This document shows positions 48,796-60,354 of a stretch of 64,000 bases of DNA, piece after piece. The notes below the pieces were generated by a model, which ran no database searches, was not told the origin of the DNA, and saw only the letters and a list, made by a program, of their open reading frames with translations. The DNA is from Octopus vulgaris (Eukaryota). The stretch's first letter is position 1; every line of letters starts with the position of its first letter. Both the position numbers and the translations under genes were made by a program. The stretch spans positions 102,548,001-102,612,000 of the forward strand of contig OX597814.1 in assembly GCA_951406725.2 (NCBI GenBank), given 5' to 3'.

Positions 48796-49317
48796 ATGCA
48801 TCCTTCTAGTGTAAATTTTTTTTTGTTTAGTTTTTACACTAGCATGATTCAGTTTACTTTACCTGAAAAAATATATATTCGTGAATGGCAATCATTCTCT
48901 CCAGGTGAGGGCTTCATTTTCACTCACCTAATTCTTTGAAAACTGGAACTTTGTATCAACCTTATGTATCCCTGTGATTCAGGAAAGGGTTGGGATTATA
49001 TGGGACAAACAGATGCCAATATCATACCAATGGATGATGTGAACTGTAAAATAATGTTTTGACTGAATTTGTAGAATTGTTTTCCTTTTTTTCACACAAA
49101 ACTTGTATAACGACCTTAAAATTATAGAAAATTATTATTCAACTGGAAAAGTGCAATTAGATTTTCTTAAAATGAAATTCTTTGACATCAAGTTAAAAAA
49201 TATAACTTTAAAGGCTACTTTGTCTTATAATCTGTAAATATTATTCCATAAAGCTAATGAAATAAGATAGTAGTGATACTATTCGAGACAAACTTAACAT
49301 AATGTAATATAGACGCA

Positions 49318-49476
49318 AGTATTGCTGTGTGGTAAGAAGTTTGCTTCCCAATCACATGATTCCAGGTTCAGTCCCACAGCGTGGCACCTTGGACAAGTGT
49401 CTATTACTTTAGCCTCAAGCTGATCAAAGTCTTGTAAGTGGATTGGATTGACCAAAGCTGAAAGAACCCCATCATA

Positions 49477-49509
<33 letters not shown>

Positions 49510-49705
49510 GTATGTGTGCGTGCATTTGTCCCCCACCACTGCTTAGTGTGTTTACGTACCCGTAACTTAGGAGTTCAGCAAAAGAAACTGATAGAATAAG
49601 TACCAGGCTATAAAAAAGTTAGTACCCTGTTGATTCGTTCAACTAAAATCCTTCAACCCGGTGCTCCAGCTTGCCTGTAATCTAATGACTGAAACAAATA
49701 GAATG
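49318..49705 (+). mobile_element. Family A SINE, tail type 1
   Basis: GCTGTGTGGTAAGAAGTTTGCTTCCCAA...GGTTCAGTCCCACAGCGTGGCACCTTGG, central CT/TA repeat, tail TAATGACTGAAACAAATAG. Confidence 0.85.
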
Positions 49706-50588
49706 TAAAGATTTGCTATTGACATTCAACAAATGCACTCGCATACCTTACCAATGAACTGAACGTATTTTAACACTCAGATTGTGGTTGGCTTCTTGGC
49801 TTCTTGGTATATATATATATATATACATACATATATACTTATCTCTTAAAACATTACAAAAGAACTGACGATAAATGTTTGTTTGGTTTTCTGAATTAAT
49901 AAAATATAAAGACAGTTAATGATGTATAAAATGTTAAATGTTAAAGCTGGAGTCTACAAAAACTGAACATAAAACTGCGTTAGATCCAGTTTGATTGATA
50001 TGGGTTTTCACATGTTTCTGAAACCCACTTAATTCTTAAACCTCTAACATAAAAGGGTTTTTTTTTTTCATTTTTCATTTTTTATTTACTTGTTTTACTT
50101 ATTCATGCAGAGCGACATTAGTGGTTGCCTAGCTTTGCGAACGAAAATGTAATAACCTATTTAAAAAATGCAATAAAAAAAGTTTTAAAATGGAGACAGA
50201 ATGGAGGGTGGGATTTTGTTTCAGAGAAAAACAATTACTATAGACTTTTAATTACTCGTCAGTAACTTATTCTTGTATCATCATTTTCATAGATTTGCGA
50301 AAATCCATAAAGCCCATGATATTGTTTGCAGTGTAGTAAATACAGAGAATGATTTAAAGCAGGTTTCTATAAAGTTTGTAATAAAATAGACCGTCTACCA
50401 TTTAACTAGCCTGTCTGGGAATTCATAACTGTTTTCTGGTTGCATTTTTATGGTAAACTGTTTCGTTTAGTGGCATTTAGAGGTAATTTACTGCGATATC
50501 TTGAAGAGTATTTCTAATAGATAAGGTTAGTGTACCTGCTATTGAAGGTTTGAGAGCATTGACAATGTTCTGATATAATTAAGACAAG

Positions 50589-50780
50589 TAGGCGGCAAGC
50601 TAGCAGAATAATTGGAAATCGGACAAAATGCTTAGTAATATTTCATGCGACCACTGAAGTCAACTTCGTCTTTCGTCCTTTCGGGTTTGATAAAATAAAG
50701 TGCCAGTCAAGGAATGTACTTGATGTAATCGACTTAGCCAACTCCCTCAAAATTGCTGGCTTTGTGCCAAAATTAGAAGA
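50589..50780 (+). mobile_element. Family C SINE (plus orientation, internally deleted)
   Basis: AGGCGGCAAGCTAGCAGAAT head, TCCTTTCGGGTTTGATAAAATAAAGTGCCAG, TTGCTGGCTTTGTGCCAAAATTAGAA tail. Confidence 0.75.
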
Positions 50781-51925
50781 ATGAAAGTACAAGTATGAAC
50801 GAAATTTAAGTCAAGTAAGTATAGGTGTAAATCAGGAAAATGTTAAAATTAACCATCTGCATTTATTTCAGAGTTCGTATCAGCTTTATTACTTGTTAGC
50901 ATTTATTTAATACTTTCAAACTCATCTAAATCATGTTGTTACTCTTTGCAGAGAATGTCTTTTTATTTCCTTAGTGGGTCACATCAATATGAAATTCTTC
51001 TGCATTCATACACGAAAACTCTTTTACAAATTCAAGGGATAAATCCAGTTTGGAATGTTTAAAAAGAAATTATCAAAAAATGTGTCAAATTATTTTATTA
51101 CGTGACACTAGTTATTTATCTATCGGGTGGTGAAATTCAGGGACGATTACGACAAGGAATGCACTTTATCAATGAACAGTAAACCAGTTGCCAAACATCT
51201 AAACCTCTTCTGGACAGTATTTTATTTATTCTTGTAAATTGAACCCTGGGACAAGTTTCTCTCTTTCATAAAATTTTGTGTACCAGCTGTCTCTTTAAAT
51301 AAAGTCGTTAATAATCACAAGAATACTTTGGCTGCGGCTTGCTCTGTTTTCATTTTTGTTTTTATCTTCGTTTTCGATATATGGGTCGTGGGGAGCAAGC
51401 ATTTACTTATGTGGTTTATGTTTATGTTATTACCATTGCTGTGCTACCCTATATATTTCCTTGCTTATAATAATATGTTTCTGTGCAGGGTCTGTCTGTT
51501 TTGCTTGCTTCTTTATTTTTTCCGTCGTCACTTCTTATGTTAGAAAGGATTTCTGCAATGTCTGAAGTACTGTTTTGACGTCACATTTCTCTTAGCGAAA
51601 GGAAGAAAATAAATTCTTGAGCGACAGCTGTTCTTGTACTTTGTTTAGAATTAGTAAATTATTAGTTCCTATAATTCGCTCGAGAGACGTTTATGACATG
51701 CACTGCTTCCTGCAAACTATGAAGATATCGAGTTAGTTTCGAATTTCACTTGGTTGCTTAGTTTCTATAGAACAACTGCTTTATTTTTTGCTTCCAACAA
51801 CTGTTGACTGATACATGATGTAATAATATTTTGTTGTCTGTGGAAGTTTACATCTGTGAAGACATTAAGAAATAAGTTTGCCTAATGGTGTCTGTTTCCA
51901 GAAATGAAAAATTATGCAGCAACAG

Positions 51926-51927
<2 letters not shown>

Positions 51928-51978
<51 letters not shown>
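51928..51978. repeat. (TA)n microsatellite
   Basis: Read directly from the sequence. Confidence 0.97.
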
Positions 51979-51981
<3 letters not shown>

Positions 51982-52034
51982 GATCTTTCGTTACTCATAC
52001 CGTAAGAATGCCATATAATATATATATATATATA

Positions 52035-52381
52035 ACTTGTTTCAGTCATTAAACTGCGGTCATGCTGGAGCACCGCACTGAAAGGTTTAGTCGAACAAAT
52101 TGACCCAATCTGGTACTTACTTCATTGTTCTCATTTTGCCGAGACACTACATTGCGGGGACATAAACAAACCAACATCAGTTGTCAAGAGGTTGTGGGAG
52201 ACAAGCAGAGAGCCACACACATATATACACATACACATGACAAGCTTCATTTAGTTTCCGTTTACCAAATCCCCACCAAAGTCAGGGGTAGTGGAAGACA
52301 CCCAAGATGCCATGCAGTGAGACTGAACCTGGGACCATGTGCTTGGAAAGCAAACTTCTTACCTCGCAGACACACTGTGGC

Positions 52382-52385
<4 letters not shown>
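52035..52385 (-). mobile_element. Family A SINE, tail type 1
   Basis: ACTTGTTTCAGTCATTAAACTGCGGTCATGCTGGAGCACCGC ... GACTGAACCTGGGACCATG...GGAAAGCAAACTTCTTACC. Confidence 0.8.
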
Positions 52386-52447
<62 letters not shown>

Positions 52448-52541
52448 GGGAAGCTTTACGAAAAAAACAAAAGACGAAGGCAGGTGGAGTACAAACAAAC
52501 AATTGTATTAGTATGGTACTCAGGAATAGAAATAAAACAAG

Positions 52542-52579
52542 TCCTTTACGTTTCAAGCTTACGCTCTTCGACAGAAAGA
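52542..52579 (-). ncRNA. Minimal hammerhead-like motif in the PLE terminal repeat (variant core)
   Basis: Minus strand: TCTTT-CTGTCGA-A-GAGC-GTAA-GCTT-GAA-ACGT-A-AAGGA. It has stem I, stem II and a palindromic ACGT stem III, but CUGUCGA instead of CUGANGA. Confidence 0.6.
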
Positions 52580-53115
52580 TACACAGAAAAAAACAAGGAG
52601 AGAAAAAAAATGCGTGCAGGAGCTAACGATTCAACATGGCGTTCTGATTTCAGCCAGAAGTCAGAGATCAGACGTTAGACGCTAGAGGGATAGTAGGGGA
52701 GATAACAGGGTCAAGTGACCTCGCCCCAACATAAGGGTGCGTGTGTGTATAAGAGAGTATGTATGTGCGTATGAAAGAGGGCTGGTGGTCTGGACGTGTG
52801 TATGTATGTATGATGTGATGTGTAATGTCGTATGGTGTAGTGTAGTATGGTGTAGTGTAGTGTGGTGTGATGTTGTGGGGAGGTGGGGAAAGCCCATGTG
52901 GGGTGTGGGTTCGGCTGGGGGTTGTGGGGAGAGTGAAAGGGGGAGAAAGGAGATGGGAGGGGAGGAGGGAGAGGAGAAGGAAGGAGAGAAGGGGAGGGGA
53001 GAGAAGAGGAGGGAGGGAGCAGAGAGAAGGGGAAGAGGGAAGAAGAAAGAGGAAAGAAGGGAAGAGTAGGGGTGAAAAGAAGAAGGATTGAGGATAAGTA
53101 GGAGTCGGGGGGAGG

Positions 53116-54266
53116 TTAGATGAAAAGGGAGGGCGAGTTGAGACCAAATGGCGTAAAAGAGCAAAGAGAGAAGATTAATCCCTGTTCAATGCGCAAGCGG
53201 GAATCCGGATGGCCTCTGTGCAAGGACAATCCGAACACAGACTGGTGTTGCAAGGAGTGACCGGTGGAGTGGAAATGGCGTGAGACCGGTGTGTCATTGG
53301 CAAGGCGGGTGTCTCGGAGGTGTTCCGCGAACCGGTCAGCCAAGCGGCGTCCCGTTTGTCCGATGTACAGGGAATGGCAGAGAGAGCAGGAGATGCAATA
53401 GATGATATTGCTGGAGGTGCAGGTGAAGGAGTTGATGATGCGATAGGGTCGAGGATGGGTGCCAGTGAGGAGGGAGGTGTTGGAGAGGTAAGGGCAACGT
53501 GGGCGGGAGCAGGGGAACGAGCCAGGTTGGGAGGTAGGGTCAGGGAAGAAGCTGTGAACCAAGAGGTCTCGTAGGTTATGGGCTCGTTTGAAGGAGGGCA
53601 GGGGTCGGTTAGGGAAGAGGTGTGAAGTGGACGGGTCGGACTGGAGATGCCGGAAAGCTCGAAGAATGGTGTGTTGGAGAGGTAGGGTGGTGGGGTGGTA
53701 AGTGAGGGGGAAAGGGAGGCGGGAAACTACAGGGCGGATTCGGGGGGAGAGAGCAGATGCACGGTCTACGGAACGTGCTCTGGCAAGGGCGGTGTGGATA
53801 GTAGTGAGGGGCTATCCACGTAGGATGAAGTGGCGAGCCATGAGTTGAGACTGAGTCTCAAAGTCATGGTCGTCACTACAGAGCCTACGTAGACGGAGGA
53901 ATTGGGAATAGGGGATGGAAAGCTTGGTGTGTTTGGGGTGGGAGGAAGAGAAGTTTAGGTATGAGTGTGAGTCTGTGTGTTTGTAGTGAATGGAGGTGGT
54001 AAGAATGGAGTGATGAATGCTGACCGAAATGTCGAAGAAGGAGACAGAGGAGTTGGAGATAGTGGAGATGAAGTGGAGGGCAGGATGGAAGGATTGAACG
54101 AATGGGAGGAAGGAATCTAGATGTTCACGGGAGAGTGAGGTGGCACCGATAATGTCGTCAATGTAACGACCGTATAGTTCGGGAGTGGGACCAGTGAAAC
54201 TAGAGAATATTTGGGCCTCAACATAGCCAACGAACAGGTTCGCATAGTTGGGGCCCATTCGCGTCA
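53116..54266 (-). pseudogene. PLE RT/GIY-YIG ORF, contiguous in one frame except for a single premature TAG
   Basis: ORFs 53812-54279 and 53116-53562 are in the same frame. The 83 intervening codons are open (PLTTIHTALARA...KRAHNLRDL). The TAG at 53812-53814 replaces the Tyr of the usual RGYP motif. Confidence 0.9.
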
Positions 54267-54940
54267 AAGTGTAACTCATGATTGACCAAAGATTGTTGCT
54301 AACTAGGGCTGTGGCGACTCCTGATCATATGAATTTACAAGGGGGCTATGGAGGTGTTGGGTGATCAGTGGGATTGTGTGCTTTCTTTCTCCCTTTCTTT
54401 CTTTCTTTCTTTTTTCTTCTTTTTTTTTTGAAATAAAATAAACCAAGTTCAGTATTTTTATTTCAAACATATTTTCAAAAAAACCTTTTATTGGAACTAG
54501 ATTTTTATTTAGACATTGTATTGTCACTGAGCAGAGATATAAACAGTGCTGTACAATTACCTTATTCTGACGTTTAAATCTAATAATGGTCTATTGATGT
54601 AGTCTGAATTTAAGTTAAAACTAAGTTGAGTGGCACTGTTTTATAAACACATTCTACCAGTATATGAAGTTTAAAAGTGTTTAGTTACGTGGAAATTATT
54701 TTAAAAAACTGCCGTTCAAACCGAAAAGATCCGCAGAGTTTACTGAGAAACAAGGCAAACAAATAAAGTTTTATTAGTAACACCAGAACACTTCTATGTG
54801 GGCTCCATTGGTTGTACGCAGTACATCCAGGTGATACAATGCAATAAATAGTGGAAGTTGTAACAATAATTTGTGAAGACTGTATATGTATGTTTATCTA
54901 CGTACGTATATGCTTATATATGCTCATGTATGTCTGAATA

Positions 54941-55866
54941 GCTATCAGCTATCAGCCTTAAGAAGACCAACATCACGGGCCAGGCTACATCGGACATCCC
55001 AAACATACATATTGGAGACCACAGATTACAAGAGGTGGAGAAGTTTACCTATCTGGGCTCTACCGTCACCTACAACCTATCCCTTGACGCTGAGCTCAAT
55101 ATACGCATTGGCAAGGCAGCTGCTGCGATGGCCCAACTCTCCAAACGGGCTTGGGACAACAATAAGCTGACCAAGACCACGAAAATGAAGATCTACCAGG
55201 CATGTATACTCAGCACTCTACTGTATGGAAGTGAGACCTGGACGCTATACACACGCCAAGAGCGTCGCCTAAACATCTTTCACCTGCGCTGTCTCCGAAA
55301 AATCCTCCGCATCAAATGGCAGAATCATATCCCCAACAAAGATGTCCTCAGGCAAGCAGGAATACCAAGCATGTTTGCACTCCTCACACAAAGACGTATG
55401 AGATGGCTTGGGCATGTTAGCCGTATGAAAGATGGCAGAATCCCCAAGGACATACTCTACGGAGAGCTTGCTAGGGGTACTAGGTCTGTGGGTAGACCGA
55501 TCTTACGTTACAAGGATGTTTGCAAAAGGGACATGAAGGCCTGCAACATCAATATTAGCGGTTGGGAGGCAGTTGCCGGCAACCGTGGAGAATGGCGACG
55601 TACCGTAAAAGAGGGAATACAAAGGAGTGACAGAGAGAGAGAGGAGAAATGGAAAGAAAAGAAGAGACGTCAACAAGAGACTATGGCATTACAACCAGCC
55701 AGGAACAGTCTTCGCTACATTTGCGTACCTGCCAGAGGGAGTGTTTGTCCAGGATAGGACTACACAGCCACAGCAGGAAATGTATCAGGACATGAAATAT
55801 AAAAGCCGGACTAGACTACTTTATGCGCAACTCCATTGTCTCCCGAGACAGAAAGGATGCCAACCA
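54941..55866 (+). mobile_element. 5'-truncated RTE-clade (BovB-like) LINE
   Basis: Open frame from ~54951: ISLKKT...VEKFTYLGS...RIGKA...LLYGSETW...RWLGHVSRM..GRIPKDILYGEL. Near-TSD ATGTCTGAATA (54930-54940) / ATGTGTGAATA (55867-55877). Confidence 0.92.
54951..55795 (+). pseudogene. RTE ORF C-terminal fragment
   Basis: About 260 uninterrupted codons. One frameshift near 55724 separates the terminal YIC..TCQRECLSRIGLHSHSRKC zinc-finger-like motif. Confidence 0.85.
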
Positions 55867-56449
55867 ATGTGTGAATACATGTATTTTCACACACACACAT
55901 TGTTGGTTGTACAAACAGAAGATTTAATATCAACTATATTTAATTTTGAGTGAATTATGCTGTAGTTTTATAATTACAAACTATTTCACTTCATTATAGA
56001 AATCATTCTTGCAAGTTCTTCAACAACTAGTCTCCCACCAAGGATTATTGTTATTGTTATTCTTTTTTTTATTTCTCTTCTTTTTCATATGTTATCTTTA
56101 TTTGAGTCATACATTTTCCTTTGTTTAGTTTAAATCTCGAATGGAGAACATCAGTAAGTTCCGGGAATAGAAAGTAAAATTCTTCATTGATTTGTGGAAT
56201 GATAATAAAAATGTGTAGTGTCTGATAAGAGGTTTGGTATAGTGTAGAAAACTAGATTAGGGAGGATCCTGGTTGAGACAGTATTGTCATTGATAAAAAC
56301 AAACAAGTGTATTAATTTGTTCCGGTATTTATAATGGTATTAATAATAGAGACACCACTTAAAATATTTCAGCTTAAATGAAAGGCAAATTAGACTAGAT
56401 TCTCCTAAAACACATCTCTCAGATAAATAATAGAGGCCAGTCAAATTTA

Positions 56450-56652
56450 ATAATCCTTTCTACTAAAGGCACAGGGCTTGAAATTTTGGCGGAGGGGACT
56501 AGTTTATTACATCGACCCCTATGATTCACTGGTACTTAATTTATTGACCCCGAAAAGACGAAAGGCACAGGCAAAGTCAAACTCGGTGGAATTTGAACTG
56601 AGATCGCAAGGACAGACGAAATGCTGCTAAGGATTTTGCCAGCTCGCCGCCT
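56450..56652 (-). mobile_element. Family C SINE with AAATTTAATAAT direct repeats nearby
   Basis: AATCCTTTCTACTAAAGGCAC...TTTGCCAGCTCGCCGCC. Confidence 0.8.
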
Positions 56653-56784
56653 TTGGTGAAATTTAATAATAATACTCTGTTTGATGGTACGTATTTGTAT
56701 GATAGCAACAACGGCAAAGATATTACAAACTATAATTTATAACATCAGTATAATACCACAAATTTTATGGTGTATTGGAGTGAT

Positions 56785-56945
56785 TGACGTTAGGAAGGGC
56801 ATCCAGCTGTAGAAACCTTGCCAGATCAGATTGGAGCCTGGTGCAGCCTACTGCTTGCCAGTCAAACCGTCCACTCCTTGACAGCATGGAAAACGGACGT
56901 TTAACGATGATGATGATGATGATTGATGATTATGGTGATGATGGT
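56785..56945 (+). mobile_element. Family B SINE 3' end
   Basis: CGTTAGGAAGGGCATCCAGCTGTAGAAAC...GCATGGAAAACGGACGTTTAAC(GAT)n. Confidence 0.85.
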
Positions 56946-56967
56946 GATTATTAATTAAATCATCTTC

Positions 56968-57340
56968 TGTGGCTGTATGGAAGAGCTTTGTTTCCTAGCC
57001 ACATAGTTCTGAGCTCACTCCCACTGTGTGGCACCTTGGGCAAATGTCATCTATTATAGCCTCGAGCTGACTAAAGCCTTGTAAGTAGATTTGGTAGACG
57101 GAAACTGAAAGAAGCCCGTCATATATATAAGTGTGTGTGTGTCTGTGTTTTTCCCCCACCACCGCTTGATAACTGGTATCGGTGAGTTTACGACCCCATA
57201 ACATAGCGGTTTGACAAAAGAAACCGATAGAGTAGGTACCAGGCTTTAAAAAAATATGTATTGGGGTCGATTAGTACGACTAAAATTCCACAAGGCGGTA
57301 CCCCAGCATGGCCACAGTATAAAGACTGGAACAAGTAAAA
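56968..57340 (+). mobile_element. Family A SINE, tail type 1
   Basis: TGGCTGTATGG...CCCACTGTGTGGCACCTTGGGCAAATGTC...GGAAACTGAAAGAAGCCCGTC...CCAGCATGGCCACAGT...AACAAGTAAAA. Confidence 0.85.
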
Positions 57341-58427
57341 AGGGATTTAAAAATAAAAACGGATATGATTGGTAGCTTTTCAGTCGAGGAAGGATTGAAA
57401 CCGCGTTAGGATTTAAACTCAAAACCTAAAGAGACAATGCGGCAACGCATTGCCATAGTAATAATTTAAATTCAGACCACACGTCTAATCCATTCTTTAC
57501 TATATACGTAAGTAATAAGAGAATCCAGGTAAAAAAAAAAATGTCACAGGGGTTTTATCCGGTAGGGGGTTGTCCGGATCCCATAAATTAATTGTGACTT
57601 TTTATCCTAGCCAAAATTGTAACTTTATTACAGTGATTTTTTTTCCCTGTGACTTTATTACCGGTCACCGAATAAGGTATCTACCCATATAGCAAGCATC
57701 ATGATTATACACCAATTAAACAAGAAGAAATGCCTTCAAATGCTTATATATACACAAGGTTATAGGCTTTCCTATGGATATATAAATATGCTAGTGGTGA
57801 AATAAATCCTTTTTGAGATGAGTCTTTAAATTTTCATCCACAGAAGAATCTCTAAAAAAGGGAATAGCTGAGTTAAAGATTAGTTAATAACTGTGCTCGA
57901 ACACGTTAATAAACCAAGCTGAGAAAGAAAAAGAACATAAACGGGTATTTACATTACAGAAAAAACCCCAAATACAACACTTCGTTAAAGGACACCAAAT
58001 CTCAGCTGGTATAATATCATATAAAGTAAATGCCTCCATGTTGAAAAAGGTCGTTAAAAATTCATATAATAGAAAAACGTGATCTCTGGTATATTGTTGG
58101 TGGTGAGGCCCTAAAAAGCTAAGAATATGGAATAATGTGGAGTGATGAGACATAAATGAAACCACGTTTCATTTTGTATATCTACGCTCGAGTATTCTAC
58201 ATTGCATTCGACTGTCCACTGCAAAAGATTGTTCCGCCCGGAAAGCAAACATTCATTCACCGACGATCTTTCAGTGTTGGAGTAGCAGAAATGAAATTAT
58301 TTGTTTGGCAATTTCCGTAAAAGAATTTTATATCTTTACTTTTTTTCAGTTGAATCGCTTATGTTTATATATTGTTGTGTATGTATGTGTTTATGTATAT
58401 GTAGGCTTATTTGTGTATGTAAATAAA

Positions 58428-59324
58428 CGTGATCTGATCAATAAGTATCCGGACTGTTGCTATAGTAACGAAGCTAAAGCACGGAGAGTGAAGTCACTTG
58501 GCACAAATTGATCTTGAACACTGCTGTGCATGCGCACTAAGTTTTAACGTTCTAGCTCACTTCCGCTGTTTACAGCAGTGCTTGGAAGGAAGGTGTGTAG
58601 TTTGTGATCACCGCATTGACCATGACATAGAAAGTTGAGCAGAGAATCTACATCAAATTTTGCCAAAAGCTTGGCGATACCTGCTCAGAGGCCTACGCAA
58701 AGTTTTCAAAAAGTTTTCATCATTCTCAGCACAATCAAGGAGATCTTGTGCAACTGAAAGCTGAGTATTTTTTTGGTCAGCTGAAAGCAGTTTTGACACA
58801 AACTTGACAGACACGCATCTCGTACCCAAGTCTTCAGTGATAATGGACTGAATTGAACCGTAACTAATCTGCACATCCTCTGATAACTCACGGATGGTGA
58901 TTCGATGATTTCCCCTCACAGCTGCACGCACTTCTGCGATGCTTTTCTTAGTTCTGCTGGTTGCGGGTCTCTGAGAACGTTCGTCAATATCACCATTTTT
59001 TCGGCTATCTTGGAAACGTCTGAACTACTTGTACTCTTGTGTACAGCTCATACACTCTTCTCCATACATTTTCTGCAACTTTGCGTAGGCCTCTGAGCAG
59101 GTATCGCCATGGCAACTTTTTCTGCCATGGTCAATGCGACGATTACACGCTACACATCTTCCTTCCAATCACTGCTGTAAACAGCAGAAGTGAGCTAGAA
59201 AGTTAAACCTTTGTGCGCATGCACAGCAGAGTTCAAGGTCAATCTGTGCCAAGCAGCTTCACTCTGCATGCTTTAGCTTCATTACTATGGCAACAGTCCA
59301 GATACTTATTGATCATACATCATA
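58428..59324. mobile_element. Foldback mariner derivative made of two transposon left ends in inverted orientation
   Basis: 58428-58704 (+) and ~59070-59324 (-) are inverted copies of TIR + 5' UTR + transposase start. The minus arm continues as transposase (RITIRELSEDVQISYGSIQSIITEDLG..VSVKFVSKLL) to the junction at 58698-58704. Confidence 0.88.
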
Positions 59325-59460
59325 TGTATATATATATACAAATATACATACTTGCACATAAACACATTCAATATATACTTACACAAATATATCTACACAT
59401 ACACACACATATATAATGCACATAAACACGTACACACACATATATCTATGTGTGTGTGTG

Positions 59461-59499
<39 letters not shown>

Positions 59500-60044
59500 T
59501 TACACATATACATGCACATACATACACAAATATATAAATATATATAAGCACATTAACGCATACATGCGTACGCAAAAATATATAAACATAAGCGATACAG
59601 CAATTTTTTAAAAAATTTCCACGGAAATTGCAGAACAAATACTTTCAGGCTTGATATACCATTTCCGAAAAGTCACACACTGACCAACCTACAACAACCA
59701 CTACGACACCAAAGCACTTTGTCTTTCCCGTGTGTCATCTGTTGCTACTACAACGCTTTCTACTGTGACGGTAACTATTATAACGATAACTTTTATAACT
59801 ACTAAGCACACCTGATGCGTTTGCTTCCTCTCTCACCCCCTCTCCTTACTCATTCTGTGTCTCACCCACTGAAATATCCTCGTTAATTCTTCTTTCCCGG
59901 AATTGCAATTATAATTATACTCTCCCAGACCATGTTTTTCAATCATGCAACAATCTGCAGAAGGTCAGATTGAATAAAAAATCTCATCCTGGACTACCTG
60001 CAAAGGCTACGGTTGCTTCCCCTCTTTCCGAGAGAAAATTTTTG

Positions 60045-60235
60045 TTTTACTACTTTCAGTAATTAGACTGCGGCCATGCTAGAGCATTGCCTTGAAAAAG
60101 TTTAGTATAACGAATCGCCCCCAGTACTTATTTTTTAAAGTCTGGTACTTATTCTATCAGTTTATTATTCCGAACTGCTAAGTTATGGGGCCGTAAACAC
60201 ACCAAGCAGTGATCACACACACAGACACACACAAA
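60045..60235 (-). mobile_element. Family A SINE tail 1 fragment
   Basis: TTAGACTGCGGCCATGCTAGAGC...CCCAGTACTTATTTTTTAAAGTCTGGTACTTATTCTATC. Confidence 0.75.
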
Positions 60236-60354
60236 GTGGAATGGCAAAGGAAACAAACAGTTAGTCTATGAACTTTATTAGCTTACAGCTGTTTCTGCTA
60301 CAAGATGCAATGTTCTCAAGTGGTAAGTCTTAGGGGAGATGTACTATTCCATAT

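Larger units (their letters stand above)
52443..54266 (-). mobile_element. 5'-truncated Penelope-like retroelement (RT + GIY-YIG endonuclease, Neptune-like) with 3' pLTR
   Basis: RT motifs MGPNYANLFV, YGRYIDD, FFDISV, YKHTD...SSSHP. Linker TYHP, NLRDLLV and Cys motifs. Endonuclease IIYCISCSLC..LYIGQTGRRLADRFAEH...GLN. The 3' end abuts ~55 bp of (TA)n. Confidence 0.92.

Noticed and set aside
52668-53164. Overlapping Pro/Ser/His-rich ORFs
   Set aside because: They come from the low-complexity purine/pyrimidine-skewed 3' region of the Penelope-like element.
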